Part shown: piece after piece, positions 1-12,338 of the stretch
How the letters are laid out: the number at the start of each line of letters is the position of its first letter
How positions within the stretch are numbered: the stretch's first letter is position 1
Source of the DNA: Octopus vulgaris
Lineage: Eukaryota
Reading direction: 5' to 3'
Assembly (NCBI GenBank): GCA_951406725.2
Contig: OX597830.1
Location: 46,996,001 to 47,060,000 of the forward strand
DNA length: 64,000 nt
Notes under the pieces: generated by a model
Told to the model about the DNA's origin: nothing
Seen by the model: the letters and a program-made list of their open reading frames with translations, nothing else
The model's database searches: none
Program-made: the position numbers and the translations under genes

Positions 1-158
1 CAATCACCAACATGAGATGGTTTCTCAGGGCTAATGATGCATTATTCGCTGTTCTAACAAAATGTCTACTTTAAGTTGGATATTAAGATTGAATTAATTT
101 TTAATAATTTTGATTGGAAACATATTCGTCAATCCCATCTTTTTTATTTCACTCTTTC

Positions 159-260
<102 letters not shown>

Positions 261-299
261 CTGTCTGATTTGTCTATCTGTCTATCTACCGTTTCTCTC

Positions 300-661
300 T
301 TTGTTTACAAATTCAGACACTCCCAACGGAGATTGAATAATGAACTTATTTCACTGAATGTTTTAGATAACAGGTTAATTGTTTCCTCGAAACAAATTTC
401 GGATGGTTTTCTCTGCGGGATGTAATTACAATACTTTTTATGTTCTGCAGGTGATAATTTCCTTAAAAGAAGTCATACCTTCTTTTCGTCTGTCCCGTTT
501 CTTCATTCTTCTTTGAAGATTCCTTCATATCTTCTGAAGTATGCAGAAAACGTAATCCCTTCTTCTGGATTATAAGTAAATTCTTCGATCGAATTAGCAG
601 AAAAAGAACCTGATTTGTTTTTTGGACAGCAACAATAATTCCAACAACTGTTGATTTTTCC

Positions 662-700
<39 letters not shown>

Positions 701-830
701 AGCTGTTGTTCTTGTTGTTGCTGTTGTAGTTGCCGTTGCAACTGTTGCTGCTGTTGTTCTTCTTGTTATAGTTACCGTTCCAACTGTACCACGGAAGCTA
801 ATAGGTCTTCCATGCTAAGAACGTCCATAG
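300..830 (-). pseudogene. Degraded Ty3/Gypsy gag N-terminus with polyQ leader
   Basis: Manual minus-strand translation gives NSIEEFTYNPEEGITFSAYFRRYEGIFKEE*RNGTDEKKV*LLLRKLSPAEHKKYCNYIPQRKPSEICFEETINLLSKTFSEISSLFNLRWECLNL. This matches the pattern of invertebrate Gypsy gag N-terminal domains. It has in-frame stops and is preceded by a (CAA/CAG)n polyQ tract. Confidence 0.8.
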
Positions 831-888
831 TGAGCTTCGAATGTCTTGTTGTCACTCTTATATCCTCGGCTTTGGATATAGACTACAC

Positions 889-1155
889 TGTAACAGTGTT
901 ATAACAATACAAACACTAAATCAGTAACGAACACACAACAAACTTATATTTCTTCTCAACGACTTCTACGACTGCCTTCACAAATGCGACTGCACACACC
1001 ACACTGTACCTCGCATGCGCCTTTATAAGGTCAGTACGCATGCGCCTTTATAAGGTCAGTACGCATGCGCCTTTATAAGGTCAGTACGCATGCGCCTTTA
1101 TAAGGTTTAGGACAATTAACTTGCTATCCCACAGAGATGTCAGGATTTCACCACA
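889..1155 (-). mobile_element. Putative 5' LTR of the Gypsy relic
   Basis: Minus strand begins TGTGGTG and ends TGTTACA (TG..CA), contains TATAAAG boxes, and lies directly upstream of the gag relic. Confidence 0.6.
1012..1106. repeat. 25-bp tandem repeat x3.8 (CGCATGCGCCTTTATAAGGTCAGTA)
   Basis: Exact units start at 1012, 1037, 1062 and 1087. Confidence 0.97.
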
Positions 1156-1479
1156 ACACAGATGAAGAGGCTTTAAGACATTGGAGTACATAAAAAGTGA
1201 GTGTGTGAACCGCTCTGGTATCGGAGTCAGAGACGTTCAACAAAAATATGGACACTGTAAGCTTCTTTACAAATAAGTCTTGTAGAATGAAACTAAAGAG
1301 TTTGTTCAAATATGGCCACTCAATGTACGACATGAGGAAAATAATAACACAAAATCACGACAACATCGCTAAACTTTTTATATAAAAATGTGGTGGAACT
1401 TTGTTCATTCAAAATGGCGACATACTGCAAACGACTTCCGGATCACAAGCAATGACACACATCAGTGAATGAAGAAGGT

Positions 1480-1750
1480 TGAGGCGTGTTATGAGCCCGA
1501 GGATTCATAAGGCCGTAAAGTAACTCAGTTTCCGTGATTGAGATGACAACACACCCATCACTCTGGATGAGATGCCAGTCCATCCCAGGCTTAACTTTCT
1601 AGATATCACTGGAACTCATTTGCAGCTGAGTGGCCTGGGGCAATGAGGAACGAGGTGTTTTTCAGAAGAGTACAATGCGGTGCTCGGTCCGGAGACCGAA
1701 ACAACGGAATTACATTCGTGAGTGCAACACATCCGAACTACTAGGCGCAT
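1480..1750 (-). mobile_element. Old degenerate tRNA-derived SINE
   Basis: Contains CTGGATGAGATGCCAGTCCATC...CATTTGCAGCTGAGTGG and a decayed tRNA-like head at the right end, resembling widespread metazoan SINE2 elements. Confidence 0.55.
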
Positions 1751-2869
1751 ACCTTCTCTTCTCAACGTATGAAGCTAGAATCGCCCCCCCTCCACACGTC
1801 CATAAATCTGCTCCTCATCCTCTCACTGAATCCCACAAATAGAAATATTTCTTATACGTCCTTCTCTGCTCTGAAAACCTTCTAAGTGCAACCGAATGAT
1901 ATTGATTTTGGTGTAGAAAAGCGTGTGCAGATAATTTGTGAAAGTGGTATAATGTTTCGCGATAACAGATACTTGAACACGATCTGAAAGACCTTTTGTC
2001 CTGTCTGACCGGAACTAGGAAGCCAATCACTATTACCTACCAGGAAAGAAAATCCTTCGACCGCCAAGATTATATTACATGTAGCATAAATGTAACATCA
2101 AGAGATCTATAGATCTGTCAATTAATATTGATTTTGCTGTAGAAAAGTGTCTGTAGATAATTTACGAAAGTAATATAATGTTTCGTTTTGTTGATACCAA
2201 CTTTTGATAAAACCTTCATGTGACAATAAATATTTAAACAATCCTGGCGCCTCTCCAGACCACAACAATATTGACCAGTCCACATTACCCACCTATAAAG
2301 TCCCCTATTGAACGTTGGAAGAATGGACTGAACCTACCCAGACTCCAACAGTTTACGACCAAATAAAGGGGATACTAGCAATGTGACCCGTATACAAACG
2401 ATATCAAAAGAACACGCTCATAGTCAAATTTAGTTATAGATATTACCAAGAGAAGGATGCAGCTGTTGGTGTTGCCGGAATCGCAGTCAAGCATTTCAAA
2501 TGTGTGGTAAGAAGCCCAAACTATACCTAATTGAGAAGTCTCACTCTGTTACTACACTTTTATTATGTCGATGACATAAACATTGAAATTAAAATAACCC
2601 AAGATGACACTCAAAGAATGGTAAACACCCCAGATAACACCCAATGAATGGTAAACAATAATATAGAAAATATCTTATCGGAAACTCTGTTCAACAAAGC
2701 ATCAAGGTGACGATCGATTACCCATTCAAAATCCTCCAGCAAAAGAATACCAGTTGCAGATAAGGCAATATCACTAGATATTATAAATGGTAAGAAAAAA
2801 TGTACTCGTATTATGTGAAAGCTATGGCCACAAAGCACCTGATGTCCAAGAGCTGGGCTATACCAACAA

Positions 2870-3110
2870 ATGCAACAAATATTAAACCTTTTTGTCTCTC
2901 AAAAATGTTTGTGTTTATTTCATCTTGCCCATGCTTTATAAGGTTAATCGTCAGAGATCAGAACCAATTTTTTAAAAATAGTCACTAAGGTATATATCTG
3001 TGCCAACTTATCGAACCATTCCGGAAGATAGAAATCACCTTTTATTCTTAAATGTTCTGAATAATTAGATGGTTCTTCAACATTTTCTAGTATGGCCATT
3101 CTTTGTCAAG
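2870..3110 (-). pseudogene. Possible very old hAT (Charlie/ZBED-like) transposase relic
   Basis: Broken minus-strand peptides (KMLK, YLVTIFKKL, NTNIFE) loosely resemble the hAT RWLSRGKVL..LAYL.DIF region. Confidence 0.3.
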
Positions 3111-4161
3111 TGCAAATACCCACTAACTTTTATCATGAATTTACGACTTTTTTCTATGTTTTCTTGAAGTTTCATCTCTAAATTTTCTGACATTTAGGAA
3201 CCAACACTTCTATTTCAGTAGAAGAATGGTGCTATTCAGAGAAATGTTGTTGCCCAAAGTACTGAAGAATTATATTTTTTTCCAGTTACAAAATCCTTTT
3301 ATTAAAAACGCGTTTTCTCTATCTTAAACACGCTACAGTTTTGAATTTTTGTTCTCTTTTGCATAGAAACTAAAAACAACAAACAAAGCATTGGATTTGG
3401 TCACAAGGAATGAATTCAAAAGCAGTGAAGTAAATTGATTGAAGAGAACGCTTTTATTTCAACAGTCGATAAAGAAGAACCATCAAGAATAATTAACTTC
3501 GTTTGTAGTTTGCTATTGTTGGGCTTAGAACACAAGATATTTTCCCAGAGGAAATTCGGGATGTTATTATTCTAACCCGAAAACTTTAATATTTTAACCC
3601 TTTCAGATTTATAGCTTCATAAATTAACCTTTAAAACACAAAATAATCTTTCTAATGTCCTCCCATTGAATCTGAGTCGAGTGAGTCTGCACAGCTTTTA
3701 TTTTTATTCTGAATTATAAATTATTATGATTCATTATGGTTTATTTTGACTTATTATGATATTTTCTAAACGCAAATCAAACGTTATCTTAACTGCATTA
3801 CACATTTCACCTCTCCAACCCCAAAGTTTTGCAGGCTTTTATCTGAGGCCACAATGTTCAAAATGGGCGCTATTGTAATCTATTCCAGCTTGCTCTGACG
3901 ACCACTTCGTGCATTATGGGAACATAATATCTTAAAGAGATTCCCTCACAAATGGCACAAATGGCAAAAATTAATGTCTTCAGTTTTGGTTTTGCCTATA
4001 ATTATTTTCGGTCGATGCTTTCTGTTTCTTATGCAGGAGCATTCAGTCCGTGCATGTGTGTGTGTAAGTTTGTGGCTGTACGTAGTGTATGCGTGTGTGC
4101 ATATTGCAATATGAAGTACATTAGTAGACAAGGAGAGAGAGAGAGAGTTCATTACAAAGTA

Positions 4162-4452
4162 AATAAAAACATTACCAATACAACACTGCTTAAGTATGTG
4201 TGTTGTTTAAACGCCAGAAACTACAGTTTTCGGCCGGGAAACAACTCTTTACAGACGTAAATTCTTAAAAAGAATACAATATACTTTAGGTTTCGGTGAA
4301 ATCAAATCGCTCCAGATTTCGTTTCCTCTAGCTCTGAAGCATATTGTGTTCTTTAAAACTAGGTCTTTAAAGGGATTTTTACCCGGGCAAAAACCACAGT
4401 TTCTGGCGTTTAAACAACAAACATACATTATGTCTGGTAATATTTTTGTTAT
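4162..4452. mobile_element. MITE-like element with ~65-90 bp imperfect terminal inverted repeats
   Basis: 4191-4257 (AAGTATGTGTGTTGTTTAAACGCCAGAAACTACAG..) is an imperfect reverse complement of 4362-4430. Confidence 0.7.
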
Positions 4453-4887
4453 AGAGCCCCTTGTATTAAAGTGTAAATGATTCCTCAATTGCTTAAATCG
4501 CTGCTAAGTTTTATGTCTTGATAACATAACATTACTGAATGATGATACATCTATGTTTGAGAGGTAGACTTGTTCTGCTGCGTCTTGCCGTGTATCTTCA
4601 CAAGATCGCCTAACAGAATTCCTAATTATTGAGCATAGATTCTTTGATCCAACATCCACTGAGGATGGCCAGTTTGTCATTTGAATTTCTCATGGTCTTC
4701 CTGAAGATTTCACTTTGTTATTGGGAAAATGCTCATATTGGTTTTGGGCAACACTTTGAAATGCCCAAAAGACGGATAGTCACGGTTGGAAAGACTGTGA
4801 TTATAAATCTGCTCAATCAGTGCAGACCGTCAGATTAATCAACAACGACAGCAGCAGCAGCAGCAACATAAATGATATTTATATATT

Positions 4888-4929
<42 letters not shown>

Positions 4930-6469
4930 CATGTATACACATATATAGACATATGTATATATATGTACACATACATACATAGATGCACAATATATACATC
5001 ATATATATATATGTGTGCACGTGTACATACGCACACTCGTATATATATACATACATGTGTGTGTGCACGCACACACAGGGGACACCCATGTTATGTAACA
5101 CATTGACAAAGTGTTATGCAATTTTAATGGGTCGAGGAATTGAAGTAAGCATAAAATAACCGTGCCCCTCCCCCATTAAACGACTTCCCACGTCATCTCA
5201 TAACAGCGGTTACCTAAAACATCTAAGAAGATTTATTGATAGAAATATCGATTGTAAAGCTTACATATACATATAAAATGATAATAAATCAAGATCGATG
5301 CATCTAAAAATGTGTAGTTGGATCCCCGGAATATTTCAGCCAAATTATAGGAAGATTATAATCCTCTTGTACTTTACAATTGAAGGAAATTATCCGAAAT
5401 GGTGTTGCTTCCTTTTGATCTCTTTGCATCAACGATGCTATAATATATGTTAATGCCCGCCAGGAATCAACTACAACAAAATGGGAATAAATAAACAGCA
5501 GCAAAAACAATAAACTTCATTTGAATTGCGAAATCTTTCTCGTAATGGCTGATAACATTTTTATCTCGGCAAAGAGCGCAGCGGTTTGGCAGAATCGTGA
5601 AAGTTGCGGACAAAATTCTCTGCAGCAGTTGTTGTTTTTTTATCATTAAACTACTTTATGATCTGATTCTAGAATCCTTTCAAAGTTAACTTTGTCCTCA
5701 AACCTTCCGTAATTGTTAAAATAAAGTAAAAAAAAAATGCACTAATCAAATGCTGGGGGCCAAAATTAATTGGTGGTATGCTTTACAGACAATGCATTGC
5801 CTTGTACCAATTTTTTCTTCGGCACATAAAGATCATGTATCACACAAAAGGCTAACAACCAATGTTCTTTAAGTTCATCATAGACAAAAGAATAAAGACA
5901 CCAAACCTAGGAACTCTCGTCATTCGATCTCTTACAAAGTTAAAAAGAAATCAATCGCAAAACAAATTGGTGCAGCTCAATTACACCATTTGACGATCGC
6001 GTGACTGCGACGAAAAACGAAGATAGAAATCAATTAGATATAAATCCAATCGTTGATCAATATTTTTCGCAACGCGGAACATAATTGTCTCTATAGTTGT
6101 CTGGGTTTCGTTCAAGTAATATTTACTCGAACGATCATTTACCGATATTAATTGATGATAAATTAGCCATGCTCTGCCTTGAAATCTACCTGGAGATAAC
6201 TAAAATAATATGCAGTAATACATCACCTTACGAGGACCCGTTTTACGAGACCCGGGATTACGAGTTTTATTTTATAATAAATATAAAGTTAAAGAAATTT
6301 TGAACGAAGTGCTAGAAATTTCTACTCTTGTAACAAATGTTTCTGTGTTACCGATAAATTTATAGAGAGCGAAAAATACACTTTAATTAAAGAAATAAAG
6401 TTTCACCCAATTTAAACATATCTAATATAATAAATATGAATGCAGTATGTCACATGTTTTCAACTTTAA

Positions 6470-6684
6470 TAATTCCTTTCTACTGGAAGCACAAGGCCTC
6501 AAATTTTGGGGGAAGGAATTAAGTTGATTCCACCAACACCAGTACATAACTGGTACTAATTTTATCGATCCCGAAAGGATGAAAGGTAAAATCGATCTCG
6601 GCGGAATTTGAACTCAGAACGTAAAGACAAGACGGAATACTGCCAAGCATTTCGCTCGGCGTGCTAACGGTTCCGCCAGCTCGA
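6470..6684 (-). mobile_element. SINE family A (head GGCGGCGAGCTGGCAGAA, B box GAGTTCAAATTCC)
   Basis: Reverse complement of the family at 22166 and 41552, with the central block CCTTTCATCCTTTCGGGATCGATAAAAT..GTACCAGT. Confidence 0.9.
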
Positions 6685-6689
6685 TGACT

Positions 6690-6995
6690 TATAATAATAT
6701 AATATAATATAATGAATGTGAAAGTCAGTGTGTCACACTTTTTCAACTTTACTCCTAGAGGCCGTAGCCCAACATGTCGTCCCATTTTGGAATCAGGCTG
6801 ACTCCGTGAGTAAATTAAAATCATTCCTGGCAGAATCCGGAACCCATTGGGATACGACTCTGGAGGAAGCAGTTGCAACAAATTCTCCAAAACAAGTCAG
6901 AGATCTGTTTGCAGATCCTCCCATACGGGCTCAGTTGCTTAAAAGCAAAAAAGCCTAGCTTAAAAGTCGCCCTTTCGGGCGGCGTTTAAGTTAGT
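6690..6995 (+). mobile_element. Non-autonomous Helitron with an internal RepHel coding remnant
   Basis: Peptide THWDTTLEEAVATNSPKQVRDLFA resembles the Helitron Rep-helicase linker. A 3' hairpin GTCGCCC-TTTC-GGGCGGC is followed by TTAGT (CTAGT variant). Confidence 0.75.
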
Positions 6996-7115
6996 ATATA
7001 TATATAAATTTAAAATGAGGGTGAGAAATTAGATATCAATTTAACATCGATTTCACACCAGTGGTCTAGCATATAAAAAGACTGAAGGTTCAGTAAAATT
7101 GTATTATATTCAGTA

Positions 7116-7191
7116 AAAATGTAATCGAGCAAGACAAAAGAAAAAGCAATAAAAATATTGCTTTTTCTTTTGTCTTGCTCGATTACGTTTT
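7116..7191. repeat. Near-perfect 35-bp inverted repeat (hairpin)
   Basis: AAAATGTAATCGAGCAAGACAAAAGAAAAAGCAAT pairs with ATTGCTTTTTCTTTTGTCTTGCTCGATTACGTTTT. Confidence 0.92.
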
Positions 7192-7290
7192 GGTTGTTTT
7201 GTTAAATTTTTCTTGAGAACATTTCTTAATGGTAAGATCATGGCGGATCTATTTCTAGCATAAGGGTGTCCACATGGTAGTTTCCCTCTA

Positions 7291-7329
<39 letters not shown>

Positions 7330-7934
7330 TTTCTTTTTTGTATTCGGTTTGCAAGATTCTTTATGTGAATTCGCGTGTTTTAGTGCCTTATTACTTAACA
7401 CACTCACCGGTCCGATTTCCACTCATTTACTTATTTATTTTTACTAAAGTTTTCGTTCCGTCTTGCAACCTTTTCAATAGTCGTTATTGAAACTGAGTTT
7501 CTTTTTTGTTTGTTTGTTTGTTTGTTTGTTTGTGCGCATGCGTGTGCGTCAGTATGCGTGCGCATACGCATATGTATGTATATATGTATGCATGTGCGCA
7601 CGTTTGTATGTATGTGTTCTGCATATCCATGTGCTTGTGTGTTCCTGTTTATATGTGTATTTTTGTGTTTGTGTTTGAATGTGTGTGTGTATTTGTGTCT
7701 CCCTGTGTGTGCATGTTTGTGTGATTATGTATATGCGTCTGTTATGTATGTATGCATGTATGTATGTATGTATGTATGTATGTGTGTGTGCCCGTCTGTT
7801 CATATTACCTACATACCTATCTATCTGTATATCTACCTGTCCATATATCTATCCATTTATCTACATATACATATCCATTTACCTACATATATATACACAC
7901 ATATATACATAGACACACACACACGCCTGCATAA

Positions 7935-8300
7935 CGGCCTACTAACAACACTGTCTGTGTATATAAAAACTGTGGGTATTGGGGTATGACACCTATGTAT
8001 ATTTCCTATTTAGTACTGGGGATATTTCATTAATGCGGATGTATTCTTGTACTTGCCTGAGTGCTGGGTCCTTTGGCTGCTTGGATAAAATACGGATGTC
8101 ATGTTGACCCGGTGTGCCTCCATGTTGGTAGAGTATGGAGGATTGTTTTTTGTCGTCATATTGTCACATCAAATATAGGGCTCTTCGGGGATGGCACTAA
8201 GAGCACGTGTTTTAGATAGATTTCTAATTACATGATATTCAGTGCGAAACCGCTTAATAGAATCGGCTGTAATGGATCTATAATACTGTTAACAGTGACA
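7935..8300 (-). pseudogene. Penelope-like GIY-YIG endonuclease C-terminal relic
   Basis: Minus-strand peptide KQSSILYQH..DIRILSKQPKDPALRQVQEYIRINEISPVLNRK follows the S.L..H / IL..R..E.I.I..P.LNR pattern of PLE GIY-YIG domains. Confidence 0.5.
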
Positions 8301-8460
8301 ACAGTGACTCAAAATTCACTGTCAATAATATTCTTATTTAAGAATGATAAATTCGTTCTCTACAAAAGTATAGGGTAACCCATCAGATTAATGTAAAAAT
8401 TGTTTTTATTATAGCCAAATATAAAAACATACATTAGTTTACACACATATATGTATCCAA

Positions 8461-8526
<66 letters not shown>

Positions 8527-8527
8527 A

Positions 8528-9779
8528 TATTTGGTCATCCCATGAATAATGCGGTTCTTTTCAATTGCATGAACTAAATGTTGGAGGGAGACGGGATAAA
8601 CTACCCGTATCGACTTGCTACAAAAGCAGGTAGTAATTTCACCTTGTACTTATTCTTAGTGAAAGGTTTGAAGAGTGCAGATTTTAACTGTTATTCTTTC
8701 GAAGCTATAATGGAAGTGACAAAGGAGCACATTCTGCATATTTTACTTTATGAGTTCAATAAAGGCAACAACGCAACGGAAAGTGCGAGGAATATTAATG
8801 CAGTGTTTGGGGATCGGACAAGAAGTGTAAGCCAGTGTCAATAGTGGTTCCAGGAATTCCGAGCCTAGAAGACGAGCCTCGTCCTGGAAGGTCTGTAGAG
8901 TTCGACGAAGACGTCCTGCAAAGCCTGTTGGAACAAAATCCTATCGTAACTGTTGAGGAACTAGCAGAGAGGCTTGGATTTGGCCATTCAACCATTCATC
9001 GACACCTGCCTGCCATCGGAAAAGTCAGCAGATCGAGTCAAAGAGTGCCTCACAAACTTTCCGACTCTAATTCCACGCAGAGAGTGAATATATGCTCTTC
9101 TCTGTTGTCTCGTCTCACTAATGGACCTTTTTTTCACCGAATAGTGACTGATGACGAGAAATAGGTTCTCTATAAAAATGTCAAGCGCCGAAAGGAGAAA
9201 AACCGGCACCCAAGGCTAAAGGTCTTCACCCATGTGAGGTGTTGTTATCTGTTTGGTGGAATATAAAAGGCTTAGTCCGCTTTGAACTTTTAAACCTAAA
9301 CCGAATGATAGAAAAGATCTGCTGCGAGCAGCTTGAGTGGCCTAAGTCAGCACTAGAAGAAAAACGACCATTTCTGGTTTCAAGACGAAAGGTGTTCTTC
9401 CATCAGGATAATGCTTGGCCACATACAGCGAGGATGACATTCCAAAGGCTGGAACAGTTTGTATGGGAAACGCTGCCCCATCCACCATATTCGCCGGACA
9501 TTGTCCCAACTGATTATCATTTATTCTGCAATCTTCAAAATCATTTGGACGAGAAAAATATGAATTCTGTAGACGAGGTCAGAACAATACTGGAAGAGTA
9601 TTTTTCGTGACAGATAAATGAATTTTGGAAGCGGGGCCTTTCAAGTCTACCAGATAGATTGAAGAGCATTGTAGGAAATAAAGGAGAGTATATTTTAGAT
9701 TAAAAAAGAACTTCGTTTATCATAATTTTGGAAAATAAAAGAAGTATAAACATCCACATTATTTATAGATGACCCAATA
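8528..9779 (+). mobile_element. Mariner (DD34D) DNA transposon, near full length, inactive
   Basis: Imperfect TIRs TATTTGGTCATCCCATGAATAATGCGG and CCACATTATTTATAGATGACCCAATA, bounded by TA; ~1.25 kb. Confidence 0.93.
8710..9703 (+). pseudogene. Mariner transposase pseudogene
   Basis: MEVTKEHILHILLYEFNKG.., SLEDEPRPGR, IVTDDEK, HQDNAWPH and PYSPDIVPTDYHLF are split across three ORFs by stops, deletions and frameshifts. Confidence 0.93.
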
Positions 9780-9788
9780 TATACATTA

Positions 9789-9838
<50 letters not shown>

Positions 9839-9933
9839 AACATATACGTATATATATATATATATATATATATTGAAAAATAAAAGAAGTATAAACATCC
9901 ACATTATTTATAGATGACCCAATATATACATTA

Positions 9934-9973
<40 letters not shown>

Positions 9974-9982
9974 AACATATAC

Positions 9983-10017
<35 letters not shown>

Positions 10018-10200
10018 AGCTTATATATATATATATAATAATAAATATTAGGGAATAAATCCAAATTTACAGGGAAAAAATCAGATTTAGGATTAAATCC
10101 AATTTTATAGTAAAATATTATATAATATTAATTCGAGACAAATAAATTAAATTAAATAAATTAAATTAAATAAATTAAAACAGATTAGGAGATCGAAAAT

Positions 10201-10243
10201 CCACCTGACGAATGTCATTGAAGACATGAAACGATTGTAGTGG
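10201..10243 (+). ncRNA. Minimal type-I hammerhead ribozyme motif
   Basis: CCAC-CTGACGA-ATGTC(ATTGAA)GACAT-GAAA-CGATTG-TA-GTGG: intact core, stems I and II paired, GUA cleavage triplet. Confidence 0.85.
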
Positions 10244-10362
10244 CGGTTTATTTCTTTATATTAAAAATTTTTATGTATTGATTAAGTCTTTCCTTGTTTG
10301 TTTTGCAAAATAGTATATTGTCTCGAATTAATATTATATATATATATATATATATATGTTTG

Positions 10363-10393
<31 letters not shown>

Positions 10394-10396
10394 GTT

Positions 10397-10435
<39 letters not shown>

Positions 10436-10912
10436 ATATATATATATATATATGTATACATAAATGTATGTGCATCTATTTATAAACGTTTGTGTATGCA
10501 TACATAAATATCAACATTATTTAGTTCGATCGATCGAGAGAGGAGCCTGTTTGTGATTACTATACATCAAACAACAATAGCTGTAACCGTGTCCTTCTCA
10601 AGCAACCAGCTTTTCTAATGAGAAAGGAAAGGTTTTCTTTCAGTAGAGAAGTTCATGTAAAAAAAATGTTGTTCTTAATACATGCACGGACAGGCGTGTG
10701 AATACATGCACGGACAGGCGTACAATTATATACCTCGTATTACGTGTACTTGTATGAAACATGTTTAAGAGGTTCTCTACACTTAAAAGTAGCAAAAAAC
10801 GACTTTGGGGATAAATGTTTATAAAGGGAACGAACTGAAAACAAACGACGTACAAAACTATACCGTGGAAACGAAAAGGATATGAAACAGATATACGATC
10901 ATATTTGATATT

Positions 10913-10915
<3 letters not shown>

Positions 10916-10999
<84 letters not shown>

Positions 11000-11028
11000 A
11001 CACACACACACACAAACACACACACACA
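10916..11028. repeat. (CA)n microsatellite
   Basis: Direct dinucleotide repeat. Confidence 0.97.
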
Positions 11029-11589
11029 TTCTATACAAACAAGCACGCAATACACACGCAAATACATGTATATATATGTATGAACGTATGTATGTAAGTA
11101 TATATGAACATGTGTGCATATACGTATATATACATGCATGTATGTATGTATGTATGTATGTATCTATGTATGTATGTATGTATGTATGTATGTCGGTATT
11201 TATGTATGCATGTGGGAAGAAAGAGAAAGGAAGAGTGGAATGTATGTTTATTTTTAGTTTTTGTATTTGCCTTGCAGGGTTCTTATTATAAACGTGTTTG
11301 TTGAAATAGATTTAGTGATATCGTGGGAGGGTCATTATGCCAGAAATAGACACATGCACTGGTACTATTCACTTCTTTTATTCTTATTAATCAATTAGTT
11401 AACCGTTTAACTAATAGTTTGATTGATCGTTCATTATCGACATAACGATAGTTTGATTGATCGATCCGTCAATCAGCCAACTAGGTTCGTCAAAGTCCTT
11501 TCGTTGCCATTCACGACATCATCAATGACATGCTCTGCTTAATTCAGGATTAACAGCCTCCTAGTTTACAGATTCTATATTCATATAGT

Positions 11590-11894
11590 GGAGGTGCAAT
11601 GGTCCAGTGGTTAGGGCAGCGGACTCGCGGTTGTAGGATCGCGGTTTCGATTCCCAGACCGGGCGTTGTGAGTGTTTATTGAGCGAAAACACCTAAAGCT
11701 CCACGAGGCTCCGGCAGGGGTGGTGGCGATCCCTGCTGTACTCTTTCGCCACAACTTTCTCTCACTCTTTCTTCTGTTGGCCTGCTTGCTTAGCCAGCGG
11801 GGTGGCGTCATTTGAAGGCTAAAACAATGCGAAACGCATTATGACCAGCGATGTGTAGCATCTGATAGCCTGGTCGGTCACGGTGATCACGGTG
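11590..11894 (+). mobile_element. SINE family B, tail type 1 (tRNA-like head; possibly octopus OR-type)
   Basis: A box TGGTCCAGTGG and B box GTTTCGATTCC; 10-bp TSD ATATTCATAT at 11577-11586 and 11895-11904. Confidence 0.9.
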
Positions 11895-12338
11895 ATATTC
11901 ATATTTATGAGGATGTGAGAATGTGTGTGTGTGAGTGTGTGAGTGCGCGTGCATGTAAGAGAGAGTGTCCGAATAATAAATTGGATAGTTACGATTGGTC
12001 ATATTCACCACATACTGATGGATGACAGGCGATTGACGATAAATCGAACATGGGTCCTTGTAATTTCGCTCTGCGTATACCTACCCTTTCGTTTATATCC
12101 AAATCTAGACACATGTATTATTCAATTATTGTGATAGTCGCTGCCTGAGATGTGAGATTGTACTGAGTTTATAAACCTATTGAATGAAGGATGATCAACA
12201 AAAACGAATCAACTTAAAGCGTTCTCCAGTTAAAAGTTAACCTGACATAGAATCGAGTGTTTAGTATTGGAGAGGATAAGGAGAGGAAAGGAAAGTTGTA
12301 TTTCGGTGAAGAGCAAAGTAAAATCGTTTCGATGAAAC

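Noticed and set aside
1012-1106. CRISPR-like short repeat array
   Set aside because: Head-to-tail units with no spacers, no cas genes, and a eukaryotic context.
1899-2186. ~60-bp diverged direct repeat, considered as an LTR pair
   Set aside because: Too short, with no TG..CA ends or internal coding; probably an old local duplication.
2300-2830. RT-like YVDD peptide (LLHFYYVDDINI)
   Set aside because: Other RT motifs are not recoverable; too degraded to assign.
11590-11665. tRNA gene
   Set aside because: tRNA-like SINE head continuing into a repeat body with a TSD; no complete cloverleaf.
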